Positions 9,217 to 23,200 of a stretch of 31,298 bases of DNA are shown one piece after another. The translations under genes and the position numbers were made by a program. Positions within the stretch are counted from its first letter, which is position 1; each line of letters starts with the position of its first letter. The notes below the pieces were generated by a model, which saw only the letters and a list, made by a program, of their open reading frames with translations, searched no databases and was not told the DNA's origin. Source of the stretch: Eledone cirrhosa (taxonomy: Eukaryota); assembly GCA_964016885.1 (NCBI GenBank), contig CAXHJY010000379.1:1-31298 (forward strand). Reading direction: 5' to 3'.

Positions 9217-9776
9217 GTTATTTATAACATACTTGACCTCCTTTTCAACCCAAGAGACACATAAAACATATGCGCATATTGATCAACAGTGGGGTGACAT
9301 TCATCAAATGAAATAGCATGGCAATTTACATATAAAGTGTTACATGATAAAAATAAAGTGTTACATGATAATAATAAAATAAAATAAAATAAAATAAAAT
9401 AAAAGCAAGAGTGAAAATAAAGATAAACATGAAGCGTTGGCAGTCTATGAAGATAAAGCAAGAGGAAAGCTTAGAGTAGTCAGTGCATGAAGCAATCTCG
9501 CGTGTAGCATGCACGCTTGTCTTATCTATACATGATTAGAGTGCGTCAGAATGATATTTGCAGGGTCAGGCAGTTGAAGCAGGCAATCGATCTTATAATA
9601 TATGCTGAATTATTAGGTCATTAATTCTCATACATCTGTATGATATACAGTCTCGGATGCGGGGAAACACCAAAATGTCAAAAACCTTCAACATACTATA
9701 AACCTTATTGTATCGTAGGCAAGGTCGTACCACTGTCCTTGCTCACACCACCACTCACATAATCCATGAGACGCAA

Positions 9777-10829
9777 CCTACAAAAACACATAGCTACAAC
9801 ATCATTTCACACAACATGTCCATGGGAAAATTTAATAATAAGAATAGCAACTGCACACACACTAATAGGAATTGTAACAACAAGAGTAACCCGCACCACA
9901 GAATTGACCATAGGAACATTAAAGGAAACAAATCACCAGACATAAAAAACAGAAATAGAAGAAGAAATAATACATTTTTCAACCCTCCTTTCAATTTAAA
10001 CGTCTCTACCAACCTTCCTAGGGCTTTCTTCTCACTACTAGATAAACACTTCCCATCCGGCCACAGGTACCACGGCCTTTTAAACAAAAACACTATTAAG
10101 ATCTCATACTCTACTACGCCTAACTTAGCATACCACATAGCTAGTACTAATAAAAGAAAAATTAATTCTTACTTCCAACAAACTAAATCACAACGGTCGA
10201 TAAACCTTCAAAATAACATTCATAATGACAATCAAAGTAACATTATAACAAATAACCGTAATATCAATGGAAATAGTAGTAATAACACTAGTGTGAACAT
10301 TAACGCTGCGTACCACAACCCGCATAACCATAACCCTATAGCTAACCTCCAAACTTCTACACAGCATAGTAACCGGCAGACTAGCACCCAGAGTAATTGT
10401 AACTGTAGATCAAGTAGTAGAACCTGCCCTTTAGATAAAAAATGCTTAACCAAGGATATCATATACTCATGTACAGTCACAACTAACAGCTCTTCTGAAA
10501 CCTACATAGGCTCCACTTCTAACTGCTTCAAAACTAGATACAATTCGCACCTCCACTCTTTCAAAAAACACAGTCTAGCCAACTCCACTTCACTATCTAG
10601 CTACATACACTATCTAACAACTAAAAATAAAATATATACACTTAAATGGGAAGTGGTAGGTAGTGCAACATCGTACAAACCACCTGATAAATTTTGTAAC
10701 CTCTGTCTACTAGAGACCCATACTATCATCTTCTCTAAACGTAATCTCCTTAATAAAAAATCAGAAGTGTTCGCAAATTGCCAACACCGCTTCCGACACT
10801 CGTTCCAAAACTTTAAACCCTATATATAA
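9777..10829 (+). CDS. Naiad-type linker plus intact GIY-YIG endonuclease domain (5'-truncated; RT missing)
   Basis: RRRNNTFFNPPF...LLDKHFP...NKNTIKISYS, an Asn-rich spacer, then CNCR...CPLDKKCL...IIYSCTV...YIGST...FKTRYNSH...LKWEV...CNLCLLE...LLNKKSE...CQHR. The first ~23 codons of tracked ORF 9708-10829 come from the inverted arm. The clade assignment rests on recalled motifs. Confidence 0.85.
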   Translation, partial: PTKTHSYNIISHNMSMGKFNNKNSNCTHTNRNCNNKSNPHHRIDHRNIKGNKSPDIKNRNRRRNNTFFNPPFNLNVSTNLPRAFFSLLDKHFPSGHRYHGLLNKNTIKISYSTTPNLAYHIASTNKRKINSYFQQTKSQRSINLQNNIHNDNQSNIITNNRNINGNSSNNTSVNINAAYHNPHNHNPIANLQTSTQHSNRQTSTQSNCNCRSSSRTCPLDKKCLTKDIIYSCTVTTNSSSETYIGSTSNCFKTRYNSHLHSFKKHSLANSTSLSSYIHYLTTKNKIYTLKWEVVGSATSYKPPDKFCNLCLLETHTIIFSKRNLLNKKSEVFANCQHRFRHSFQNFKPYI

Positions 10830-12391
10830 TAATGTCAGACTGGAACCGGCACCACCCCTAGCAATTAACATCAGTAGCACACCTTACACCTCACATCCAC
10901 ACCCATCTCTATACTCTAAAGATAATACTGACAGCATTTGGGTGCCACCTACCCTGGGAATACCACCTTATACCTCTAATACCGATATACCGACTGTAGA
11001 CTACTTATTCTGCATTGCACAAATATAAGATTAGTATAAAATGGGGACACGGTACTGGTTGTGATAGCATAGTCCTGTACATGGATTACCACCAAGAGAT
11101 AGATTGATGAATAGATAGATAATCATATTGTTAAGTGAGTATATACTGTAAGCGATCAGTTCATTGAATTATGCACGTAATCATCTTGATGTGGACTCCT
11201 TTAATACCTATTGATAGACTCCACTCTAGCTTGGAGATGTGATACATAATTGATTTATATTTGAGACGGGGGTTATCTATTACCTGATGGCCAGACTAGT
11301 GCGTTTATGTGAGAGATCGGGTCTCCGGACCATACCGAAGATTTACTGGAGATGCAGGCAAGCAATGACCCGGAGCATACCGGGTGACATATATAATAGT
11401 GGGACCATACCAGGTCCTACTGTTGTATTACATTTGCATTGAACAGTGACTTGAGAGTCCGACTCCTCTTATAGAACGTTCAGGTATGACACCCCTTAAT
11501 TATTGGTTGGCAATCATCCTAGTATATACACCTTTGTACTTCTTAATGAACAACTCCCTAACTTATAAATGGGTACCATACTCTAGATATTAGTTATAAC
11601 TTCACATGATAGGCACCTATTTGATTCAACATTAATGTAGTTTAGCATAGTAATGTAACTAAAATAACTAGCTAGTTACCTCCCCTTACGCATTAGTTCC
11701 CCTTAATCATTCAGGCACTTCCGGAATTTGGACAGCATGATATATTAATTAAGAACCGACTGGATACCGTTTATAGCTTGACTATATGCTGAACCACTGC
11801 GAATTATACGATAGACGCATGTTCTCTATATATATATTGCGCCTCATGGATTATGTGAGTGGTGGTGTGAGCAAGGACAGTGGTACGACCTTGCCTACGA
11901 TACAATAAGGTTTATAGTATGTTGAAGGTTTTTGACATTTTGGTGTTTCCCCGCATCCGAGACTGTATATCATACAGATGTATGAGAATTAATGACCTAA
12001 TAATTCAGCATATATTATAAGATCGATTGCCTGCTTCAACTGCCTGACCCTGCAAATATCATTCTGACGCACTCTAATCATGTATAGATAAGACAAGCGT
12101 GCATGCTACACGCGAGATTGCTTCATGCACTGACTACTCTAAGCTTTCCTCTTGCTTTATCTTCATAGACTGCCAACGCTTCATGTTTATCTTTATTTTC
12201 ACTCTTGCTTTTATTTTATTTTATTTTATTTTATTATTATCATGTAACACTTTATTTTTATCATGTAACACTTTATATGTAAATTGCCATGCTATTTCAT
12301 TTGATGAATGTCACCCCACTGTTGATCAATATGCGCATATGTTTTATGTGTCTCTTGGGTTGAAAAGGAGGTCAAGTATGTTATAAATAAC

Positions 12392-12438
12392 TGCTCCGAA
12401 GAATCCAAACCTCGGTTTGGAGGAAACAATTGTAAGCA
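12392..12438 (+). ncRNA. Hammerhead motif with variant core (CCGAAGA)
   Basis: TGCT-CCGAAGA-A-TCCAAAC(CTCG)GTTTGGA-G-GAAA-CAATTG-TA|AGCA. Stem III is the palindrome ACAATTGT, and AATAAA follows immediately. Confidence 0.72.
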
Positions 12439-12483
12439 AATAAATGACTTAAACTGAACTTTGATTACTGTAATCTCTATATA

Positions 12484-13779
<1,296 letters not shown>

Positions 13780-14349
13780 CTTAATACGGGATGTTTGTTT
13801 AAAAACACACTGAGCATTATAATAAATGTTCGGTGAATCGATACGTACATATATATATGTGTGCATGTATGTATATATATATACATACTACTGTACGTCT
13901 GTATACATATATGTATGTACGTGTACATACTTATATTTAAGTAACAGCCGTACTAAGAGTGGGAAACAAAATTTTGTTTCATTTTTTCCGTTTATCGTTT
14001 TCGGTGCACCCAGCCGATTAACCCACTCGATATGCAAATTGGGCTACTCAGCCGTTAATATGCATAAGGTAAGTATATACGTTCAACAATCTGGCAGGAA
14101 GGTATACGTTGCTGACGATAGCTAATAAGATTGAAACTAGTACAGCGTTCCTTTGTCAGTGTTGAACAAACGAGCAACGGTGGTTGCTAGACACTACGGC
14201 TTAATACGGGATGTTTGTTTACAAACACACCGAGCATTATAATAAATGTTCGGTGAATCGATACGTACATATATATATGTGTGCATGTATGTATATATAT
14301 ATACATACTACTGTACGTCTGTATACATATATGTATGTACGTGTACATA

Positions 14350-14356
<7 letters not shown>
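13780..14356 (+). mobile_element. Retrozyme-like non-coding element: 420-nt unit present in ~1.4 tandem copies
   Basis: Direct repeats at 13780-13936 and 14200-14356 (period 420, 2 mismatches). There is one HHR per unit, no credible ORF, and (AT)n on both flanks. Confidence 0.75.
14106..14148 (+). ncRNA. Type I hammerhead ribozyme motif
   Basis: ACGTTG-CTGACGA-T-AGCT(AATA)AGAT-T-GAAA-CTAG-TA|CAGCGT. It is a homologue of 3905-3949 with a compensated stem I change and one stem II mismatch. Confidence 0.82.
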
Positions 14357-14384
<28 letters not shown>

Positions 14385-14537
14385 ATATATATATATATAT
14401 ATATATATATATCAATATATATATATCAATATATATATATATATATATATATATCAATATATATATATCAATATATATATATATATATATCAATATATAT
14501 CTATATATATCAATATATATATATATATCAATATATA

Positions 14538-15615
14538 TCATCATCATCATCATCACCGTTTTACGTCCGTTCTTCCACGCTAGCATGGGTTAGACGGGTT
14601 GTCCTGTTGTGGGCAGTGTCTGGTCGGCTGACCATGCCTTGCTCATACAGGAACTGATCTGGCTTGATTTCTACACCAACCTCATTTACAGTGAGTGCTG
14701 GGTGCTTTTTCGTGGCGCCTACACGTCCACTTTACAGTGTGGGCTGGGTGCTTTTTTGCCGTGGCACCTCCACGACCACCTTGCGGTGGGGAGGGGGCAT
14801 ATTGTTTATATGCTTCAGCATGTACCCATGGGAGGTCGGATACCCTGTATTACTGCCTGACGCCAGAAGTCACGGTCGTGTGTCATTGACTTTGAGAGGT
14901 GTAGTTGGGTAAGGTCGGCTTTTATCACCTCATCCCAAGTCATCTTGGGTCTCCCCACTCCGCGGTTTCCATCAACTTCTAGTGCTCTGCACCTTTTTAT
15001 GCAGCTGTCATCCTTCATACGCATCACATGTCCATACCAGCGTAACCGCCTCTCCTGCACTCAGCATTTGATTCCTCTTATGCTCAGTCTCTCTCTCAAT
15101 TCCTTTATGCTTTGTCGTTCGCGTATATTACTGTTACACATCCATCGGAGCATGCAGGCTTCGTTTCTCTCTAATCTACGTAAGTCTTCCACCTTCAGCG
15201 CCCAGGTCTCACTACCATGCAACATCGCTGTTCGGATACACGCATCATACAGTCTGCCTTTCATTCTGAGGGAGAAGCCTTTTGCAGCTAGCAGTGGTAG
15301 TAGTTCCCTAAACTTCTTCCATCCCGTTCTTACCCTAGTTATTGTACTTTCTGAGCACCCACCTCCGTTGCTAATTCGGTCACCTAGGTAGCAGAAGCTG
15401 TCTACTGTTTCTACAGGGCCCTCCCAGAGATTGGTGGTACTTGTTTCCTGTGGCTGTTTGCTTGCTGTTTCAGCACAGCTGCTGCATGTGAATCCTACAT
15501 TCTTAATTAAGCTTCCTGAGATCCCGCTACATCTCTTGTGTACCCATTGTTTGCATTTGGGGCAGAGAATGGAGTTCCTACCTACACCTTTCCTACATAC
15601 TGAGCAAGGCCATTT
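14538..15615 (-). mobile_element. 5'-truncated RTE-clade LINE, second subfamily
   Basis: The frame 15615 to 14815 reads [12 protein letters not shown]...FCYLG...MLHGSETW...RRLRWYGHVMRM...GRPKMTW and is homologous to 5513-6310. It has one in-frame TGA at 15061-15063, a diverged 3' UTR and a (TGA)n tail. Confidence 0.92.
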
Positions 15616-15690
15616 GATATATTGATATATATATATCAATATATATATATATATATCAATATATATATATATCAATATATATATATATAT

Positions 15691-15726
<36 letters not shown>

Positions 15727-15793
15727 ATATATATATATATATATATCAATATAAATATATATCTATATATATATATATCAATATAAATATATA

Positions 15794-15832
<39 letters not shown>

Positions 15833-15912
15833 ATATATATATATATATCAATATATATATATATATATATATATCAATATATATATATATATCAATATAT
15901 ATATATATATAT

Positions 15913-15966
<54 letters not shown>

Positions 15967-16032
15967 ATATATATATATATATATATCAATATATATATAT
16001 ATATATATATATATATCAATATATATATATCA
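15616..16032. repeat. Interrupted (AT)n microsatellite
   Basis: (AT)n with TCAA and TTGA interruptions. Confidence 0.95.
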
Positions 16033-16073
16033 ATGATATTAATAAATGGAAACTATATTTATAAAACCATATT

Positions 16074-16133
16074 TATTCTATTATATATATTTCAAGGGTA
16101 CCAAAACTTTGGTACGCCCTCATCAGATAAAAT
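16074..16133 (-). ncRNA. Type I hammerhead ribozyme motif in a short PLE-type remnant (~16033-16278)
   Basis: Minus strand reads TATTTTAT-CTGATGA-GGGC-GTACCAAA(GT)TTTGGTAC-CCTT-GAAA-TATATA-TA|ATAGAATA. It has an 8-bp stem I, the palindrome ATATATAT and an AUA triplet. Confidence 0.82.
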
Positions 16134-16275
16134 ACAAAGTTTGTTTTATAAATATTGACATACCCAGGAATAAGACCTTAACGGTTCAAGTTTCTCCTGG
16201 ATAGAAATCCGTCGAGTGCTTTGAATCTGTTATAAATATATTTGTTGAATTACCAACAAATTAAATATCCCTTTG

Positions 16276-16310
<35 letters not shown>

Positions 16311-16317
<7 letters not shown>

Positions 16318-16457
16318 TGTAATAAACAACATAAGGCAATCATTCCATTTACCAGAATAATTGCCTATGTTGTTTATTACATAACTATTAAGCTCTGTTA
16401 CCTACATAGAGCACTCTTTTTTCCTGGACTTTTCCGACGGAATTACTTCATTCACAC
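16311..16457 (+). mobile_element. Short fold-back remnant with unique tail
   Basis: Imperfect inverted arms at 16311-16345 and 16355-16388, then a tail to ~16457, with (AT)n on both sides. No HHR core is present. Confidence 0.5.
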
Positions 16458-16478
16458 ATATATATATATATATATATA

Positions 16479-16593
16479 ATTGTTTCTACTTTAGGCACAA
16501 GGCCAGCTATTATCCCAGTGCATTACTGGTACTTTATTTTATCGACCCCGTAAGGATGAAAGGCAAAGTTAACATCGGCGGGATTTGAACTCA
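16479..16593 (-). mobile_element. 5'-truncated tRNA-derived SINE
   Basis: Homologous to 8548-8660 and truncated just upstream of the B box. Confidence 0.88.
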
Positions 16594-16622
16594 TATATAA
16601 TGTATAATAAACAATACAATAT

Positions 16623-16705
16623 AATTACCTCATTACTAGAGGTTTCCCGAATAAGACGAATACAAGAAACGTCCTCATTCATTTCGTTCGTCAGACAAGG
16701 CAATT
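16623..16705 (-). ncRNA. Type I hammerhead ribozyme motif with long stems I and II
   Basis: Minus strand reads AATTGCCTTGT-CTGACGA-ACGAAAT-GAATGAGGACG(11 nt)CGTCTTATTC-GG-GAAA-CCTCTAG-TA|ATGAGGTAATT. Stem I is 11 bp including GU pairs, and the triplet is GUA. Confidence 0.8.
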
Positions 16706-16837
16706 TAAAACAATGAAATATTTGAAAAATCTCCTCAAGAAAGGCAAAAGTTTAACGGGCAAAAAAAATATATAAATAAAAGTAATGCAAGAGATATATA
16801 AAAATAAAATAAGGAAATATAGTTAGGGTATGTGTAT

Positions 16838-16878
<41 letters not shown>

Positions 16879-16938
16879 GAAAAGTATAGAAATTATTATG
16901 AGCAAGAAGCCAACAGTATTTCATAATATATAAGTGAC

Positions 16939-16973
<35 letters not shown>

Positions 16974-17252
16974 GGGGGGGGGGGGGTAAATAAAATCCGA
17001 AGCTGCTTGGCACCGCGGTCGGGATTTTACCTATCTCTATACCCACTTTGAATCTCCCCATACATTGAGGTACTTCCATGATTAGAGGTCGCCTCCATCT
17101 CTTTTTGATTACCAACTGTGAGAAGTACTCAATACTTCCCCTAGTCTGTCATGGCTTACTAGCTCTATACGGACGTTTAAAAAATGAATAAATAAATATA
17201 TTTATATATATATTGTGTGGTGACAAGGAAGGAAAACTAAAGTTGTGTGAGC

Positions 17253-20200
17253 TGTATAATCAGACAGACATACAGTGAGACAGACACACACACACACCAT
17301 CACAGCAGAGAGAGACACACACACACATGTATTACCAACACAGACACACCAGAGAGAGACACACATGTATTACCACACACAGACACACCATCACATCAGA
17401 GAGAGAGACACACACATGTATAACCACACACAGACACACCATCACATCAGAGAGAGACACACACATATGTATAACCACACACAGACACACCATCACTGCA
17501 GAGAGAGACACACACACATGTATAACCACACACAGACACACCATCACTGCAGAGAGAGACACACACACAGACACACCATCACACATGTATAACCACACAC
17601 AGACACACCATCACTGCAGAGAGAGAGACACACACATGTATAACCACACACAGACACACCATCACTGCAGAGAGAGACACACACACAGACACACCATCAC
17701 ACATGTATAACCACACACACATGTATAACCACACACAGACACACCATCACTGCAGAGAGAGAGACACACACATGTATAACCACACACAGACACACCATCA
17801 CTGCAGAGAGAGACACACACACATGTATAAGCACACACAGACACACCATCACTGCAGAGAGAGACACACACACATGTATAACCACACACAGACACACCAT
17901 CACATCAGAGAGAGACACACACACATGTATAACCACACACAGACACACCATCACTGCAGAGAGAGACACACACACATGTATAACCACACACAGACACACC
18001 ATCACAGAAGAGAGAGAGACACACACACATGTATAACCACACACAGACACACCATCACTGCAGAGAGAGACACACACACATGTATAACCACACGCAGACA
18101 CACCATCACTGCAGAGAGAGACACACACACATGTATAACCACACGCAGACACACCATCACTGCAGAGAGAGACACACACACCGGTATAACCACACACAAA
18201 CACACCATCACAGCAGAGAGAGACACACACACATGTATAACCACACACAGACACACCATCACTGCAGAGAGAGAGACACACACATGTATAACCACACGCA
18301 GACACACCATCACAGCAGAGAGAGAGACACACACATGTATAACCACACACAGACACACCATCACTGCAGAGAGAGACACACACACATGTATAACCACACA
18401 CAGACACACCATCACACATGTATAACCACACACAGACACACCATCACTGCAGAGAGAGACACACACACATGTATAACCACACACAGACACACCATCACTG
18501 CAGAGAGAGACACACACACATGTATAACCACACACAGACACACCATCACATCAGAGAGAGAGACACACACACACATGTATAACCACACACAAACACACCA
18601 TCACTGCAGAGAGAGACACACACACACATGTATAACCACACACAGACACACCATCACTGCAGAGAGAGACACACATGTATAACCACACACAGACACACCA
18701 TCACTGCAGAGAGAGACACACATGTATAACCACACACAGACACACCATCACTGCAGCGAGAGACACACACACATGTATAACCACACACAGACGCACCATC
18801 ACTGCAGAGAGAGACACACACACAGACACACCATCACTGCAGAGAGAGAGACACACACACATGTATAACCACACACAGACACACCATCACTGCAGAGAGA
18901 GACACACATGTATAACCACACACAGACACACCATCACTGCAGAGAGAGAGACACACATGTATAACCACACACAGACACACCATCACTGCAGAGAGAGACA
19001 CACACACATGTATAACCACACACAGACACACCATCACAGCAGAGAGAGACACACATGTATAACCACACACAGATACACCATCACTGCAGAGAGAGACACA
19101 CACACATGTATAACCACACACAGACACACCATCACTGCAGAGAGAGACACACATACATGTATAACCACACACAGACACACCATCACAGCAGAGAGAGACA
19201 CATATGTATAACCACACACAGACACACCATCACTGCAGAGAGAGACACACATACATGTATAACCACACACAGACACACCATCACTGCAGAGAGAGACACA
19301 CATGTATAACCACACACAGACACACCATCACAGCAGAGAGAGACACACATGTATAACCACACACAGACACACCATCACTGCAGAGAGAGACACACATGTA
19401 TAACCACACACAGACACACCATCACAGCAGAGAGAGACACACATGTATAACCACACACAGACACACCATCACTGCAGAGAGAGACACACACACATGTATA
19501 ACCACACACAGACACACCATCACAGCAAAGAGAGACACACATGTATAACCACACACAGACACACCATCACAGCAGAGAGAGACACACACACATGTATAAC
19601 GACACACAGACACACCATCACTGCAGAGAGAAACACAGACACACCATCACAGCAGAGAGACACACACACACATGTATAACCACACAGACACACCATCACT
19701 GCAGAGAGAGACACACACACATGTATAACCACACACAGACACACCATCACTGCAGGGAGAGACACACACACATGTATAACCACACGCAGACACACCATCA
19801 CTGCAGAGAGAGAGACACACACACATGTATAACCACACACAGACACACCATCACAGCAGAGAGACACACACACATGTATTACCACACACAGACACACCAT
19901 CATTGCAGAGAGAGACTCACACACATGTATAACCACACACAGACACACCATCACAGCAGAGAGAGACACACACACACATGTATAACCACACACAGACACA
20001 CCATCACTGCAGAGAGAGACACACACACATGTATAACCACACACAGACACACCATCACTGCAGAGAGAGACACACATACATGTATAACCACACACAGACA
20101 CACCATCACAGCAGAGAGAGACACACATGTATAACCACACACAGACACACCATCACTGCAGAGAGAGACACACATGTATAACCACACACAGACACACCAT

Positions 20201-23200
20201 CACTGCAGAGAGAGACACACACACATGTATAACCACACACAGACACACCATCACTGCAGAGAGAGACACACACACAGGTATAACCACACACAGACACACC
20301 ATCACAGCAGAGAGAGACACACACACATGTATAACCACACACAGACACACCATCACTGCAGAGAGAGACACACACACATGTATAACCACACGCAGACACA
20401 CCATCACTGCAGAGAGAGACACACACACGTATAACCACACGCAGAAACACCATCACAGCAGAGAGAGACACACACACATGTATAACCACACACAGACACA
20501 CCATCACTGCAGAGAGAGACACACACACATGTATAACCACACACAGACACACCATCACTGCAGAGAGAGACACACACACATGTATAACCACACGCAGACA
20601 CACCATCACAGCAGAGAGAGACACACACACATGTATAACCACACACAGACACACCATCACTGCAGAGAGAGACACACACACATGTATAACCACACGCAGA
20701 CACACCATCACTGCAGAGAGAGACACACACACGTATAACCACACGCAGAAACACCATCACAGCAGAGAGAGACACACACACATGTATAACCACACACAGA
20801 CACACCATCACTGCAGAGAGAGACACACACACATGTATAACCACACACAGACACACCATCACTGCAGAGAGAGACACACACACATGTATAACCACACACA
20901 CAGACACACCATCACTGCAGAGAGAGACACACACACATGTATAACCACACACAGACACACCATCACAGCAGAGAGAGACACACACACATGTATAACCACA
21001 CACAGACACACCATCACTGCAGAGAGAGAGACACACACATGTATAACCACACACAGACACACCATCACTGCAGAGAGAGACACACACACATGTATAACCA
21101 CACACAGACACACCATCACTGCAGAGAGAGACACACACACATGTATAACCACACACAGACACACCATCACAGAAGAGAGAGAGACACACACACAGACACA
21201 CCATCACTGCAGAGAGAGACACACACACATGTATAACCACACGCAGACACACCATCACTGCAGAGAGAGACACACACACATGTATAACCACACGCAGACA
21301 CACCATCACTGCAGAGAGAGACACACACACAGGTATAACCACACACAGACACACCATCACAGCAGAGAGAGACACACACACATGTATAACCACACACAGA
21401 CACACCATCACTGCAGAGAGAGAGACACACACATGTATAACCACACGCAGACACACCATCACAGCAGAGAGAGAGACACACACATGTATAACCACACACA
21501 GACACACCATCACTGCAGAGAGAGACACACACACATGTATAACCACACACAGACACACCATCACAGCAGAGAGAGACACACAGACATGTATAACCACACA
21601 CAGACACACCATCACTGCAGAGAGAGACACACACACATGTATAACCACACACAGACACACCATCACTGCAGAGAGAGACACACACACATGTATAACAACA
21701 CACAGACACACCATCACTGCAGAGAGAGACACACACAGACACACCATCACTGCAGAGAGAGACACACACACATGTATAACCACACACAGACACACCATCA
21801 CTGCAGAGAGAGACACACACACATGTATAACCACACACAGACACACCATCACTGCAGAGAGAGACACACATGTATAACCACACACAGACACACCATTACT
21901 GCAGCGAGAGACACACACACATGTATAACCACACACAGACACACCATGACACATGTATAACCACACACAGACACACCATCACTGCAGAGAGAGACACACA
22001 CACATGTATAACCACACACAGACACACCATCACTGCAGAGAGACACACACACATGTATAACCACACACAGACACACCATCACATCAGAGAGAGAGACACA
22101 CACACACATGTATAACCACACACAGACACACCATCACTGCAGAGAGAGACACACACACACATGTATAACCACACACAGACACACCATCACTGCAGAGAGA
22201 GACACACATGTATAACCACACACAGACACACCATCACTGCAGAGAGAGACACACACACATGTATAACCACACACAGAAGCACCATCACTGCAGAGAGACA
22301 CACACACATGTATTACCACACACAGACACACCATCACTGCAGAGAGAGACACACACACATGTATAACCACACACAGACACACCATCACTGCAGAGAGAGA
22401 CACACACACAGACACACCATCACTGCAGAGAGAGACACAAACACATGTATAACCACACACAGACACACCATCACTGCAGAGAGAGACACACATGTATAAC
22501 CACACACAGACACACCATCACTGCAGAGAGAGACAACACATGTATAACCACACACAGACACACCATCACTGCAGAGAGACACACACACACATGTATAACC
22601 ACACACAGACACACCATCACTGCAGAGAGAGACACACATGTATAACCACACACAGACACACCATCACTGCAGAGAGAGACACACACACATGTATAACCAC
22701 ACACAGACACACCATCACTGCAGAGAGAGACACACATGTATAACCACACACAGACACACCATCACTGCAGAGAGAGACACACAACATGTATAACCACACA
22801 CAGACACACCATCACTGCAGAGAGAGACACACATGTATAACCACACACAGACACACCATCACTGCAGAGAGAGACACACATACATGTATAACCACACACA
22901 GACACACCATCACTGCAGAGAGAGACACACATGTATAACCACACACAGACACACCATCACTGCAGAGAGAGACACACATACATGTATAACCACACACAGA
23001 CACACCATCACTGCAGAGAGAGACACACATGTATAACCACACACAGACACACCATCACTGCAGAGAGAGACACACATACATGTATAACCACACACAGACA
23101 CACCATCACTGCAGAGAGAGACACACATGTATAACCACACACAGACACACCATCACTGTAGAGAGAGACACACATACATGTATAACCACACACAGACACA

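Larger units (their letters stand above)
9125..12483 (+). mobile_element. 5'-truncated Naiad-like PLE with ~650-bp inverted terminal duplication (inverted pLTR)
   Basis: Inverted arms at 9125-9776 and 11837-12483 appear to differ only by one AAAAT unit and one substitution. They enclose an endonuclease ORF, and the 3' UTR is ~1.65 kb with an HHR near its end. Confidence 0.9.

Noticed and set aside
10830-11840. SECIS element or selenoprotein coding in the Naiad-like element
   Set aside because: The retained ORF has no in-frame TGA and I could not see a convincing SECIS by eye. SECISearch would settle this.
9125-12483. DNA transposon with long TIRs
   Set aside because: The enclosed ORF is a PLE-type GIY-YIG endonuclease rather than a DDE transposase, no TSD is visible, and the arms contain an HHR, which fits an inverted pLTR.
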